From Eubacteriales bacterium (GTDB lineage Bacteria; Bacillota; Clostridia; Oscillospirales; QAKW01): DNA of 64,000 nucleotides. A program made the translations under genes and the position numbers. This document shows positions 29,468-38,742 of this stretch, in pieces (the first letter of the stretch is position 1; each line of letters starts with the position of its first letter). Under the pieces are notes generated by a model. That model ran no database searches. It was given only the letters and a program-made list of their open reading frames with translations, and was not told where the DNA came from. The stretch spans positions 89,853 to 153,852 of the forward strand of contig JAZQFD010000007.1 of assembly GCA_045539335.1 (NCBI GenBank). Reading direction: 5' to 3'.

Positions 29468-31192
29468 CTACTCAACAAAAGCACCTCCCATCTGCGAATC
29501 GCTGATCTCTTTATACTCGGGGCAGGTGGCCAAAAGCTCCTTATGGGTTCCTCTGCCGATGATGCGACCCTGATCCAAGACTAAAATCAGGTCACAATCC
29601 TTTACCGTGCTCACCCGCTGGGCAACGGTGACCAGCGTGGTACCGGCGGCCTGCTCCTTGAGGGCTTGCCGCAGATTCGCGTCGGTGCGGTAATCCAGCG
29701 CCGAGGAACTATCGTCCAAAATGAGGATTTGAGGCTTGGCGGCAAGGGCACGGGCAATCAAGATTCGCTGCCGTTGACCGCCGGAAACATTGGTTCCTTT
29801 GGCCGATAGCAAATGGTCATAGCCTTCGGAGAAGGCGGAGATAAACTCGTGGGCTTGGGCAATTTTGGCCGCCTCCACAATCTGCTCATGGGTCAGGTCT
29901 CTGCCGAAGCGGATGTTATCTTCAATGGTTTCGGCGTAGATGAAATCCTGCTGCTGGGCAACGCCAAACATGGGGCGCAATTCCTCATCGGGAATGGTGC
30001 GCAGGTCTCGGCCGTTGATGTAGATCGCCCCTTTTGTGGTATCGTAAAATCGGGTCAATAATTTAATTAAGGTGGATTTTCCGCTGCCGGTGGCACCGAT
30101 AATGCCCAAAGAGCCGCCTCGGGGAAGGGCAAAATCAATTTCCTCCAGGTCATTCTTTTTCCCTAAGTAAGAAAAGGAGACCCGATCAAAAAGAAGATGG
30201 GCATCGGTCTCTTTGGGAGGGCAGTCCTCTTGGCTTAAAAGAGGCATATCGTCGGGGGTGTTCAGCACCTCACCGATCCGCCCTGCCGAAGCGGCACTGC
30301 GGGTATACATCACAAAGATGCGGGAGAGGGTCATCATGGCCATGGAGATCTGGGTGAAATATTGCATAAAGGCTACCACTGTTTCAGGGTCCGATTGATG
30401 GCCGGAGATCCGAAAGGCCGCCATGGAGACCACCAAGGCGATGCCGCCGTTCATTAAAAAGGTCATAATGGGGTTGACGGCGCTGGTGGTGAGTCCCGCT
30501 TTTTGCTCATCCCGAGCAAGATCGGCATTGACCCGATCGTAGCGCTGGGATTCATAGTCGGTTTTGGAAAGGGCTTTGATCACCCGAATGCCCACCACAT
30601 CCTCCCGCACTACACGGGTCATGCGGTCGATGGACTCCTGCACCTTGCGAAAAAGGGGAACGCCCTTTTTGGAGATCAAAAAGACGGTCGCAAAGATGAA
30701 GGGAAGCATGGCCAGCATGGAAAGGGCCAGATAGGCATCCATCACTAAAGTGATGACGATGCCGCCGATGAGCAAGATCGGCGCACGCACGCCCATTCGC
30801 TGCATCATCCCAACAAAATGATGAAGATGATAGGTGTCGCTGGTGATTCTCGATTCCAAAGAGGGGATGGTGAAATGATCGGTTTGAGCCGCCGAAAGAT
30901 GCATGGTCTTATAAAAAAGATCCTTCCGCAGATGCTCGGAAAAATTGCGAGCCACCCCAGCCGCCATGCGGTTGGCAATGATATTGAATAAGCAGGCAAT
31001 GCCGGAGCACACCATCATCATCAGTCCCCAAAATACCACCTGACGAATATCTTGGGTCACGATCACCTCTTTGAGGATATGGCTCAGAATATAGGGAATC
31101 AATAATTCCGACAAGGTGCCCACGGTTTTAATGGTGAGCCCCCAGCTCATGCGGCCGAAATAGGGCTTTAAATAGCGTAAAATCGTTTTCAT
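29468..31192 (-). CDS. ABC transporter ATP-binding/permease protein (partner half-transporter)
   Basis: Walker A GATGSGKST, signature VSGGQRQR and Walker B ILILDDSSS. Overlaps the MarR gene stop. Confidence 0.9.
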   Translation of the reverse strand: MKTILRYLKPYFGRMSWGLTIKTVGTLSELLIPYILSHILKEVIVTQDIRQVVFWGLMMMVCSGIACLFNIIANRMAAGVARNFSEHLRKDLFYKTMHLSAAQTDHFTIPSLESRITSDTYHLHHFVGMMQRMGVRAPILLIGGIVITLVMDAYLALSMLAMLPFIFATVFLISKKGVPLFRKVQESIDRMTRVVREDVVGIRVIKALSKTDYESQRYDRVNADLARDEQKAGLTTSAVNPIMTFLMNGGIALVVSMAAFRISGHQSDPETVVAFMQYFTQISMAMMTLSRIFVMYTRSAASAGRIGEVLNTPDDMPLLSQEDCPPKETDAHLLFDRVSFSYLGKKNDLEEIDFALPRGGSLGIIGATGSGKSTLIKLLTRFYDTTKGAIYINGRDLRTIPDEELRPMFGVAQQQDFIYAETIEDNIRFGRDLTHEQIVEAAKIAQAHEFISAFSEGYDHLLSAKGTNVSGGQRQRILIARALAAKPQILILDDSSSALDYRTDANLRQALKEQAAGTTLVTVAQRVSTVKDCDLILVLDQGRIIGRGTHKELLATCPEYKEISDSQMGGAFVE

Positions 31193-31635
31193 GCGTCCTC
31201 CTCGTCGTATTGACTGTCGATGGCGAGGATCGCCCGCTGATTAATGCGATCCAGCACCCAGGAGAATTGATCCAGCTCCTCGGGGGATAGATCGGCGGTC
31301 ACCAGCTTTTGCCATTCCTTGCCCGCCTTGCGAATGCGGGGAATCACCTGCTCCATGGCAGCGGCGGGATAAACCCGAATAATTCGCTGATCCTTTTCAC
31401 AGGTCTTGCGCTCAATATAGCCCTGCTCCTCCAATTGCGCCACCGCACGGGCGATGGAGCTTTTATTCAGCCGCAAATGGCGGGAGAGCTGATCTTGGGA
31501 AAAGCCGGGATGATTCCATACCGCAAGGATCAAACTATAGTAGCGAGTGGCGGCGGGAAGGTCCTTTAATTGCTCGGTGATATATAATCGCTGGCAACGA
31601 TGAATGGTGCGGAATTTTTGCACAATGGATGCCAT
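31189..31635 (-). CDS. MarR family transcriptional regulator
   Basis: 148 aa with a winged-HTH region (QDQLSRHLRLNKSSIARAVAQLEEQGYIERK). First gene of the exporter operon. Confidence 0.85.
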   Translation of the reverse strand: MASIVQKFRTIHRCQRLYITEQLKDLPAATRYYSLILAVWNHPGFSQDQLSRHLRLNKSSIARAVAQLEEQGYIERKTCEKDQRIIRVYPAAAMEQVIPRIRKAGKEWQKLVTADLSPEELDQFSWVLDRINQRAILAIDSQYDEEDA

Positions 31636-31655
31636 AAGGAATGCCTCCTTTGGAT

Positions 31656-31688
31656 TAGTTGCAAGCGCAACGGTTGCACTTGCAACTA
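31656..31688. promoter_or_regulatory. palindromic operator candidate in the MarR/suf divergent region
   Basis: tagttgcaag (31656-31665) and cttgcaacta (31679-31688) form a perfect 10-bp inverted repeat. Internally, GTTGCA/TGCAAC half-sites recur four times. Confidence 0.45.
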
Positions 31689-31822
31689 TATGCTATCATA
31701 TGGTTTTTATGATGTCAATAATTTATCGCAATTTAGCGGAATTCTTTTGGATTATGCTTGACCTTTTTTATAATATTGGTTACAATAAAGAATGGTTTAT
31801 AGTATATATTTAGGAGGTCCCT

Positions 31823-32545
31823 ATGCTGGAACTACGCAATATTTCCTATACCGTTCAAAATGAAGACGCGGAAAAGGAAATTTTAAAAAATATCAGTCTT
31901 ACCATCGATGAGCGATTTGTGGCCATCACCGGCCCCAATGGCGGCGGTAAATCTACCTTGGCCAAGATCATCGCCGGTATTTATACCCCCACCTCCGGTC
32001 AGATTCTTTTCAACGGAGAGGATATCACCGCTCTTTCGGTGACCGAGCGTGCCCAAAAAGGCATCAGTTTTGCTTTTCAGCAGCCGGTGCGGTTTAAGGG
32101 AATCACCGTGAAGGATCTGATCACCTTGGCGGCAGGCAAAAACCTGACCATCGGGGAGGTTTGCGCCTATTTATCCGAGGTGGGCCTTTGCGCTCGGGAT
32201 TATGTGAATCGGGAATTGAATGCCAGCCTGTCCGGCGGAGAAATCAAGCGGATCGAGATCGCCTCGGTATTGGCTCGGGGCACCGAGATTTCGGTTTTTG
32301 ACGAGCCGGAGGCCGGCATCGATCTTTGGAGCTTTTCCAATTTGATCAATGTCTTTGAAAAGATGCATGAAACCATCAATGGTTCCATTTTGATCATCTC
32401 CCATCAGGAGCGGATTTTGAATATTGCCGATAAGATCATCGTAATTGCCAACGGCACCGTTTCGGCAGTAGGCGATAAGGAAACCATTCTGCCGGAATTT
32501 TTAAAAGGCGGCGGCACCTGTGGCGTGCTGACTGCGAAACTGTGA
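31823..32545 (+). CDS. SufC-like ABC ATPase (Fe-S cluster assembly)
   Basis: Walker A GPNGGGKST, signature LSGGEIKR and Walker B VFDEPEAGID. Followed by a SufB/D-family gene. Confidence 0.75.
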   Translation: MLELRNISYTVQNEDAEKEILKNISLTIDERFVAITGPNGGGKSTLAKIIAGIYTPTSGQILFNGEDITALSVTERAQKGISFAFQQPVRFKGITVKDLITLAAGKNLTIGEVCAYLSEVGLCARDYVNRELNASLSGGEIKRIEIASVLARGTEISVFDEPEAGIDLWSFSNLINVFEKMHETINGSILIISHQERILNIADKIIVIANGTVSAVGDKETILPEFLKGGGTCGVLTAKL

Positions 32546-32555
32546 GGTGAGTACC

Positions 32556-33473
32556 ATGGATGCCATTCAAAAGAATTTATTGGAGCAGGTAGCAGAATTG
32601 CATGAAATCCCTGCCGGAGCATATAATATCCGTACCAATGGTACTTCTGCCGGTCGGAATACCACGGCCAATATCGATATCGTCAGCAAAGAAGGAACCG
32701 ATGGAATCGATATTATCATCAAGCCCTATACCAAAAATGAAAGTGTTCATATTCCGGTATTGCTCAGCCAAAGCGGCCATACCGAGATGGTCTATAATGA
32801 TTTCATCATCGGCGAGGGAGCTGATGTGACCATTGTGGCAGGCTGTGGCATTCATAATGGCGGCGATCAGGAATCCCGCCACGATGGAATCCATACCTTC
32901 TATGTGGGGAAGGGTGCTAAGGTGCGCTATGTGGAGCGGCACTATGGCGGAGGAGATGGAAACGGGAAGAATGTTATGAATCCCACCACCGTGATCCATT
33001 TGGAAGAGGGCAGCTTTTTGGAGATGGAAACCACCCAGATCAAGGGCGTGGATTCCACCAAGCGTGTCACCACCGCCAAGCAGGCAGCCGATTCCACCTT
33101 GATTATCAAAGAGAAGATCATGACCCACGGCCAGCAATGGGCGGAAACGGATTTCGCCGTGGATATGGATGGCGAAGGTTGCCATTGCAAGTTGGTGTCC
33201 CGCTCGGTGGCCAAGGAGCAATCCAAGCAGATTTTCCGTTCCAAGATCAATGGGAATAACCGTTGCACCGGCCATTCGGAATGCGATGCCATTATTATGG
33301 ACGATGCGGTGGTCAGCGCCATTCCCGAAATTACCGCCGCCCATCTGGATGCCAGCCTGATCCATGAGGCCGCCATCGGCAAGATTGCCGGCGAGCAGCT
33401 GACCAAGCTGATGACCTTGGGACTCACTGAAAAAGAAGCGGAAGAGCAGATTATCAATGGGTTTTTAAAATGA
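32556..33473 (+). CDS. SufB/SufD family Fe-S assembly protein
   Basis: 305 aa from the ATG at 32556 (GAGGTG RBS). The beta-helix-type sequence ends in LIHEAAIGKIAGEQL..LMTLGLTEKEAE..II.GF. Confidence 0.75.
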   Translation: MDAIQKNLLEQVAELHEIPAGAYNIRTNGTSAGRNTTANIDIVSKEGTDGIDIIIKPYTKNESVHIPVLLSQSGHTEMVYNDFIIGEGADVTIVAGCGIHNGGDQESRHDGIHTFYVGKGAKVRYVERHYGGGDGNGKNVMNPTTVIHLEEGSFLEMETTQIKGVDSTKRVTTAKQAADSTLIIKEKIMTHGQQWAETDFAVDMDGEGCHCKLVSRSVAKEQSKQIFRSKINGNNRCTGHSECDAIIMDDAVVSAIPEITAAHLDASLIHEAAIGKIAGEQLTKLMTLGLTEKEAEEQIINGFLK

Positions 33474-33922
33474 TCGAAACCACCCTTTGTTATATCGAAA
33501 AGGATGCCTGCTATCTTTTGCTCCATCGGATCAAAAAAGAGCAGGATCTCAATAAAGATAAATGGATCGGCATCGGCGGAAAGCTAATGGTGGGGGAGAC
33601 GCCGGAGGCGTGTATCCTCCGGGAAGCACTGGAGGAAACCGGCCTTAGCCTTATAAAACCGGAGTATCGAGGAATCGTGGATTTTGAGTGCGACGGGTTT
33701 GCGGAGCGGATGCACCTGTTTTGGTGCGATTGCTTTACCGGCACATTGAAAGAGTGCGATGAGGGCGTTTTGGAATGGGTGCCCAAAGCCCAAATGGGGG
33801 AGCTGCCTCAATGGGAGGGAGACCGAATCTTTTTAGATCTTTTAGAGCAAAAAGCCCCCTTTTTTCGTCTGAAATTGGTGTATAGCGGGAATAAACTGGT
33901 TCATTGGGAACTTGCCGCTTGA
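33470..33922 (+). CDS. NUDIX hydrolase (MutT-like)
   Basis: Nudix box GIGGKLMVGETPEACILREALEETG. Confidence 0.85.
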   Translation: MIETTLCYIEKDACYLLLHRIKKEQDLNKDKWIGIGGKLMVGETPEACILREALEETGLSLIKPEYRGIVDFECDGFAERMHLFWCDCFTGTLKECDEGVLEWVPKAQMGELPQWEGDRIFLDLLEQKAPFFRLKLVYSGNKLVHWELAA

Positions 33923-33974
33923 ATTTAAGCACCGAAGCGTATATAATATATTAAAGGACTCTTTTAAGGAGAAG

Positions 33975-35024
33975 ATGATGACAGCAGCAACGGAATTTTT
34001 CGCTGAACTGTATAGCGGAACCGATCAATCCATCCTGGTGTTGGATGGAGAGCAAAACTGCATATTTATGTCTTCAAAGTTGATGGAGCGTTATGGGGAA
34101 CGGGCAGAAAGTCTGTTGCTTACCGAGGCGGTCAAAAAAGAAGCCGTCGATTGTTTGGCCTCCATGCGCTGCGGAACCTTTCCCTTGATGGGAGAAAACG
34201 GTCCTTTGGATCTGGAACTCCTGCCTTATCCCTATGAAGGGGCCGTTTATGCGGTGATCTGTATAAAAGATCGCACCGGCGCCCTTTCCGATGAAGGGTT
34301 GATGACGGTTTTGAGAAATTGCCATGGAAAGCAGGCAAGCTATCTCAATGAGATTTTCAGCGTTGCTCAGCGCTTGGGGGTGGAGAGCCCTATGGGAAGG
34401 GAACTTTCCGATGGGGTGCGCCGCATTTTGCGGATGAACAGCCATCTTTATGAATTGCTGGACGGTTCGGGAAAGACCCGCTATCGGGTTCCTTTGGATC
34501 TGCAGGATTTTATCAATGGCTTTACTCGCAATTATAATGAAGCCGATCCTCGGCTGAAGGTGCGCTATTTGGCCGGAGAAGAAGGGCTGTACGCCATGGT
34601 GATGCCGGAGGATTTGGAACTGGCGCTGGGGGCGTTATTCAGCAATGCCCTGCGCTTTTCCAAAGATCAGGTGATGGTTTCTGCCGGTCGTCAGGGAGAT
34701 CAGATCTACATTAGCGTTTGCGATAACGGTGATGGCGTGGAGCAACCGGATCGATTGTTTGAATTGGGCTACCGTACGGTGGACCGCTTTGGGGTCACCG
34801 GCTTGGGCTTTGGCCTTTCGGTGGCAAAAAAATTGTTAGAATTGCAGGGTGCAACCCTGCTTTATGAGCGAAGAGGCGGGGAGACCTGCTTTAAGATTCT
34901 GACTAAGGCAGTGGATCTGCCGGAGGGGCGGTTGGCCGCTTGGCAGCCGGAGGATCTTTCCAATAGTCTTTCGCAGCTTCGCATCGAAATGAGTGATATT
35001 GTAAAGGAGATGGATTTACGATGA
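33975..35024 (+). CDS. soluble histidine-kinase-like ATPase (HATPase_c) protein
   Basis: Starts at MMTAATEFF after an AAGGAG RBS. C-terminal N/G boxes are present (FSNALRFS, DNGDGV, GLGFGLSVAKKLLELQG). No TM segment is seen and there is no adjacent response regulator. Confidence 0.6.
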   Translation: MMTAATEFFAELYSGTDQSILVLDGEQNCIFMSSKLMERYGERAESLLLTEAVKKEAVDCLASMRCGTFPLMGENGPLDLELLPYPYEGAVYAVICIKDRTGALSDEGLMTVLRNCHGKQASYLNEIFSVAQRLGVESPMGRELSDGVRRILRMNSHLYELLDGSGKTRYRVPLDLQDFINGFTRNYNEADPRLKVRYLAGEEGLYAMVMPEDLELALGALFSNALRFSKDQVMVSAGRQGDQIYISVCDNGDGVEQPDRLFELGYRTVDRFGVTGLGFGLSVAKKLLELQGATLLYERRGGETCFKILTKAVDLPEGRLAAWQPEDLSNSLSQLRIEMSDIVKEMDLR

Positions 35025-36034
35025 AGGTAATGGTAACAGGCGGTGCCGGTTATATCGGTACCCACACAGTGGTGGAACTTCTGAACGCAGGCTATGAGGT
35101 GGTTATTTTTGATAACTTCTATAATAGCTGTCCCAAGGCATTGGAGCGGGTTCGTGCCATCACCGGCAAAGACTTTAAGTTCTATGAGGCCGATATGCTG
35201 GATAAGGCAAAGATGGAAGAGATTTTTATGGCGGAAAAGCCCCAGGCTGTGATCCATTTTGCAGGTCTTAAGGCGGTGGGCGAAAGCGTTGAGAAGCCTT
35301 GGTTCTACTATAATAATAATATCGTTGGTACCCTCAATATTCTGGATGCCATGAAGAAGAGCGGCACCAAGCAGTTTGTTTTCTCCTCTTCCGCTACCGT
35401 TTATGGCGATAGCAAGGTGGTTCCTGTCATGGAGGATTTCCCCACCAGCGCCACCAATCCCTATGGTCAGACCAAGCTGATGCAGGAAGTGATGCTTACC
35501 GATATTGCAAAGGCCAATCCTGATATGACCATTACCCTGCTGCGGTATTTCAACCCCGTTGGCGCTCATGAGAGCGGCATGATCGGCGAAGATCCTCAGG
35601 GCATTCCCAATAACCTGACTCCTTATATTGCACAGGTTGCCATCGGTAAGCGGGAGCAGCTTTCCGTGTTCGGCGGCGACTATAATACCCATGACGGTAC
35701 CGGCGTTCGTGACTTTATCCACGTGGTTGATCTGGCCAAGGGCCACTTGAGAGCCTTGGAAGCCCAAGCAGGGAAAAACGGTATCTTTACATACAACCTG
35801 GGCACCGGTGTTGGCTATAGCGTATTGGATATGGTCAAAGCCTTTGAGAAGGCCAGCGGTGTTACCATCAAATATCAGATCGTCGACCGTCGCCCCGGTG
35901 ATGTGGCTGCCCTCTATGCAGATCCTGCTAAGGCAAGAGAAGAGATCGGTTTTGTGGCAGAGAAGAATCTGGATGATATGTGCAGAGATCTCTGGAATTG
36001 GCAGAAGAACAACCCCAACGGCTATAATTCCTAA
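35021..36034 (+). CDS. galE: UDP-glucose 4-epimerase
   Basis: Contains MKVMVTGGAGYIGTH, the catalytic YGQTK and VRDFIHVVDLA. Confidence 0.93.
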   Translation: MKVMVTGGAGYIGTHTVVELLNAGYEVVIFDNFYNSCPKALERVRAITGKDFKFYEADMLDKAKMEEIFMAEKPQAVIHFAGLKAVGESVEKPWFYYNNNIVGTLNILDAMKKSGTKQFVFSSSATVYGDSKVVPVMEDFPTSATNPYGQTKLMQEVMLTDIAKANPDMTITLLRYFNPVGAHESGMIGEDPQGIPNNLTPYIAQVAIGKREQLSVFGGDYNTHDGTGVRDFIHVVDLAKGHLRALEAQAGKNGIFTYNLGTGVGYSVLDMVKAFEKASGVTIKYQIVDRRPGDVAALYADPAKAREEIGFVAEKNLDDMCRDLWNWQKNNPNGYNS

Positions 36035-36172
36035 TAGAAAGGGCTGGACCGCAAAAACGGCTCTCGGTAAACCCGAGAGCCGTTTTTTCTTTCCGTTGAA
36101 AGAACCGCTCGGAGTATCACATACGCCTTCGGGATTCTTTCAACGAAATCCAACCTCTTTCTATTAGGAATT
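36026..36172. repeat. nested inverted-repeat structure in the galE/amidase convergent gap
   Basis: The outer inverted repeat is a perfect 16 bp: aattcctaatagaaag (36026-36041) and ctttctattaggaatt (36157-36172). It encloses the galE terminator hairpin and a second perfect 11-bp inverted repeat, cgttgaaagaa (36094-36104) and ttctttcaacg (36135-36145). Confidence 0.6.
36054..36088 (+). terminator. intrinsic terminator of galE
   Basis: Stem acggctctcgg / cccgagagccgt followed by TTTTTT. Confidence 0.8.
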
Positions 36173-36200
36173 ACAGAGTGTCTTTTATAGAATCTTATTT

Positions 36201-36767
36201 TTAATTTAATTCAAAGTAATCCAACATTCCGTTATAGATTGCTCTGGCAAAGCCTTGCGGATTTTCCGCCATTTTGCGGGCATCTTCTGCGTTAGTAATA
36301 AAGCCCAGCTCCACCAAAACCGCCGGCATGGTGGTGCGGCGAAGCACATAGAGGGTGGGATTGGTCTTTACGCCGATATCCCGCATGTTCATTTCTTCCA
36401 CAATAGCTTCTTGAATCTCCTCCGCCAGCTCATGGGCAGGGCCGGAGTCGCTGTAAGTATAGACCTCGGTGCCGTTGACGGCGGGATTGGTAGACGCATT
36501 GGCATGGATGCTGATGAAATAATCGGCAGGCCATTCGTTGGCAAGCCGCACCCGCTGTTGGAGGCTTGTGGCATTGGAGGTGCCCAATACCTCGTCGGGG
36601 GTGTTGCGGGTCAGCCGCACCTCAAAATTGGGATCGGCCCGCAAAAGGGTCGCCAGTTCTTGGGCCACCACATACACCAGATCCTGTTCCCGATATCCTT
36701 GCCCCTCGGCGCCGGCATTGATCCCTTGGGGGTTGTGTCCGGCGTCCACCACAATTTTAATCGCCAT
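36201..36767 (-). CDS. N-acetylmuramoyl-L-alanine amidase (Amidase_3 family)
   Basis: Contains KIVVDAGHNP, ISIHANA and VLVELGFITN. Confidence 0.85.
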   Translation of the reverse strand: MAIKIVVDAGHNPQGINAGAEGQGYREQDLVYVVAQELATLLRADPNFEVRLTRNTPDEVLGTSNATSLQQRVRLANEWPADYFISIHANASTNPAVNGTEVYTYSDSGPAHELAEEIQEAIVEEMNMRDIGVKTNPTLYVLRRTTMPAVLVELGFITNAEDARKMAENPQGFARAIYNGMLDYFELN

Positions 36768-36904
36768 ATTTTTTTCACTCCTTTCCGATCTTATTTATAT
36801 GTATGTGCGGGGTGTTTACAATAGAACACGGTAAAATTTACAATTTGTTCAACACAAAAGGAAAAAATAAGTGTACTATATTGAATGAAAAGGTGGTGAA
36901 TGGT

Positions 36905-37732
36905 TTGTTTGGTTATGTGGTTGCCAATATGGATCAACTCTCAGAAGAACAAAAAGAAATCTATCGCAGTTATTATTGCGGACTTTGCCGCAGTTTAAAG
37001 AAGCAATACGGTAATTTCGGGCGCCTTACCCTGAATTATGATATGACCTTTATGATCCTGCTTTTGGCCGATCTGAGAGACCCTGCCACCGCCTTGCATA
37101 AGGGGCGGTGCATCGTCCACCCCTGCAAAGAGAAGCTGATGGCGGAAAATGAGATCATCGATTATGGTGCGTCCATGAATATTCTTTTAGCCTATTATAA
37201 TTTGATGGACGATTGGCGGGACGAGCAAAAAAAATCCGCCAAAACCGCCGCCAATCGGCTAAAGAACTATATTCCTGCCATTGAAAAGCAGTATCCCCGT
37301 CAAGCCAAGGCCATTCGAGAGAATTTGGAAGCCTTGGCTAAAGAAGAGGAGCGCTTCCCCAGAGATCTGGATACGGCCGCCAATCTGTCCGGTAAGATGC
37401 TGGGTCAGTTGTTTGTGTATGAAAAGGATTTTTGGGCGGAGGATTGCTATCGCTTAGGCGAGGCCTTAGGGCGGTTTGTCTATTGGATGGATGCCTATGA
37501 GGATCTGCCCAAGGATCAGAAAAAAGAGCGCTATAATCCCATGTCCCTTATCTGTCATGAACCCGACTATCGCCAAAGGGTAGAGGAGATGCTCAAGGGC
37601 GCTTTGGGTGAGTGTGCCTTGGTGCTGGAGCGGTTGCCGCTGGTGGAGCATCTGGATATTTTAAGAAATATTTTGTACTCCGGTGTTTGGAGTAAGTTTG
37701 AACAAATCAATCATAAAGAGGACGAAAAATGA
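36905..37732 (+). CDS. uncharacterised protein (DUF5685-like, from memory)
   Basis: The likely start is the TTG at 36905 (AAGGTGG RBS), giving (M)[30 protein letters not shown]. The ORF-track start at 36803 was rejected. Confidence 0.55.
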   Translation: MFGYVVANMDQLSEEQKEIYRSYYCGLCRSLKKQYGNFGRLTLNYDMTFMILLLADLRDPATALHKGRCIVHPCKEKLMAENEIIDYGASMNILLAYYNLMDDWRDEQKKSAKTAANRLKNYIPAIEKQYPRQAKAIRENLEALAKEEERFPRDLDTAANLSGKMLGQLFVYEKDFWAEDCYRLGEALGRFVYWMDAYEDLPKDQKKERYNPMSLICHEPDYRQRVEEMLKGALGECALVLERLPLVEHLDILRNILYSGVWSKFEQINHKEDEK

Positions 37733-38304
37733 ATCCATATAGTGTGTTGGGCGTTTCCCCTTCCGCCACGGATGATGAAATTAAAAAAGCATATCGAAAG
37801 CTGGCCAAGCAGTACCATCCCGACATCCATCCCGATCGTGCCTTTGCAGAAAAGAAGATGGCCGAGATCAATACTGCTTATGATGAGATCTTAAAGCAGC
37901 GGCAGGGCAAAACCACCGGCGGTTATGACTATGGCTATGGCCAAAGTGCCCCCGGCGAAGGCTCCACCCCGGAGATGACGGCGGTGCGCCATTATCTCCA
38001 TTATCGCCGCTATCAAGAGGCCTTTAATGTGCTCAATCGCATGACCAATCGAAATGCAGAGTGGTATTTTCTTTCTGCTTATGCCCATGCGGGAGTGGGC
38101 AATCGTACCCAAGCGTTGGAATTTGCCCGCAAGGCGGTACAACTGGAACCCAATAATTATGAATATCAAAGCTTATTGCAGCAGCTGCAGCATTCGGGTA
38201 TGGCCTATGAAACCTATGGACGAGGCTTCGGGATGCCCACCGGCAATATTAATCCCCTTTGCATGGGTCTTTGCCTTGCAAGGCTTTGCTGTCCCTACTG
38301 TTAA
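37729..38304 (+). CDS. J-domain protein with TPR-like middle and Cys-rich C-terminus
   Basis: Contains [31 protein letters not shown] (the HPD motif). The C-terminus is [15 protein letters not shown]. Its start overlaps the upstream stop. Confidence 0.8.
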   Translation: MNPYSVLGVSPSATDDEIKKAYRKLAKQYHPDIHPDRAFAEKKMAEINTAYDEILKQRQGKTTGGYDYGYGQSAPGEGSTPEMTAVRHYLHYRRYQEAFNVLNRMTNRNAEWYFLSAYAHAGVGNRTQALEFARKAVQLEPNNYEYQSLLQQLQHSGMAYETYGRGFGMPTGNINPLCMGLCLARLCCPYC

Positions 38305-38324
38305 ATATGGAAAGGAAATCAATT

Positions 38325-38720
38325 ATGAAATTTCGTGAACGAATGGCTCGTTTTATGGCAGGGCGCTATGGTGTGGATCGCCTGAATCGGGATCTATTGT
38401 GGTTTTATCTGATTCTGGTGGTGCTCAGCTCCTTTGTGCCTTATTTGCAGATTTTGCCCCTTCTTTGCATGATTTGGATGTTTTTTCGGATGTTTTCCTG
38501 CAATCATCAAAAGCGCTGGGCTGAGAATAATCGGTATATGAAATATCGTAATAAGGTGACCGGCTGGTTTGGGCTTCAAAAGCGTAAGTGGACTGAGCGC
38601 AAGACCCATCGCTATCGCAAATGCCCTCATTGCAAAGCCACCGTTCGCCTGCCCAATAAAAAAGGGCGTCATACCGTTGGTTGTCCCCGCTGTCACAAAG
38701 ATTTCCAAGTGAAGATATAA
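38325..38720 (+). CDS. membrane protein with C-terminal zinc ribbon
   Basis: Starts at MKFRERMARFMAGRYG. Has one or two TM segments, then CPHC...CPRC. Confidence 0.55.
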   Translation: MKFRERMARFMAGRYGVDRLNRDLLWFYLILVVLSSFVPYLQILPLLCMIWMFFRMFSCNHQKRWAENNRYMKYRNKVTGWFGLQKRKWTERKTHRYRKCPHCKATVRLPNKKGRHTVGCPRCHKDFQVKI

Positions 38721-38742
38721 AAAATCCGTAACGCTTTAGGCG

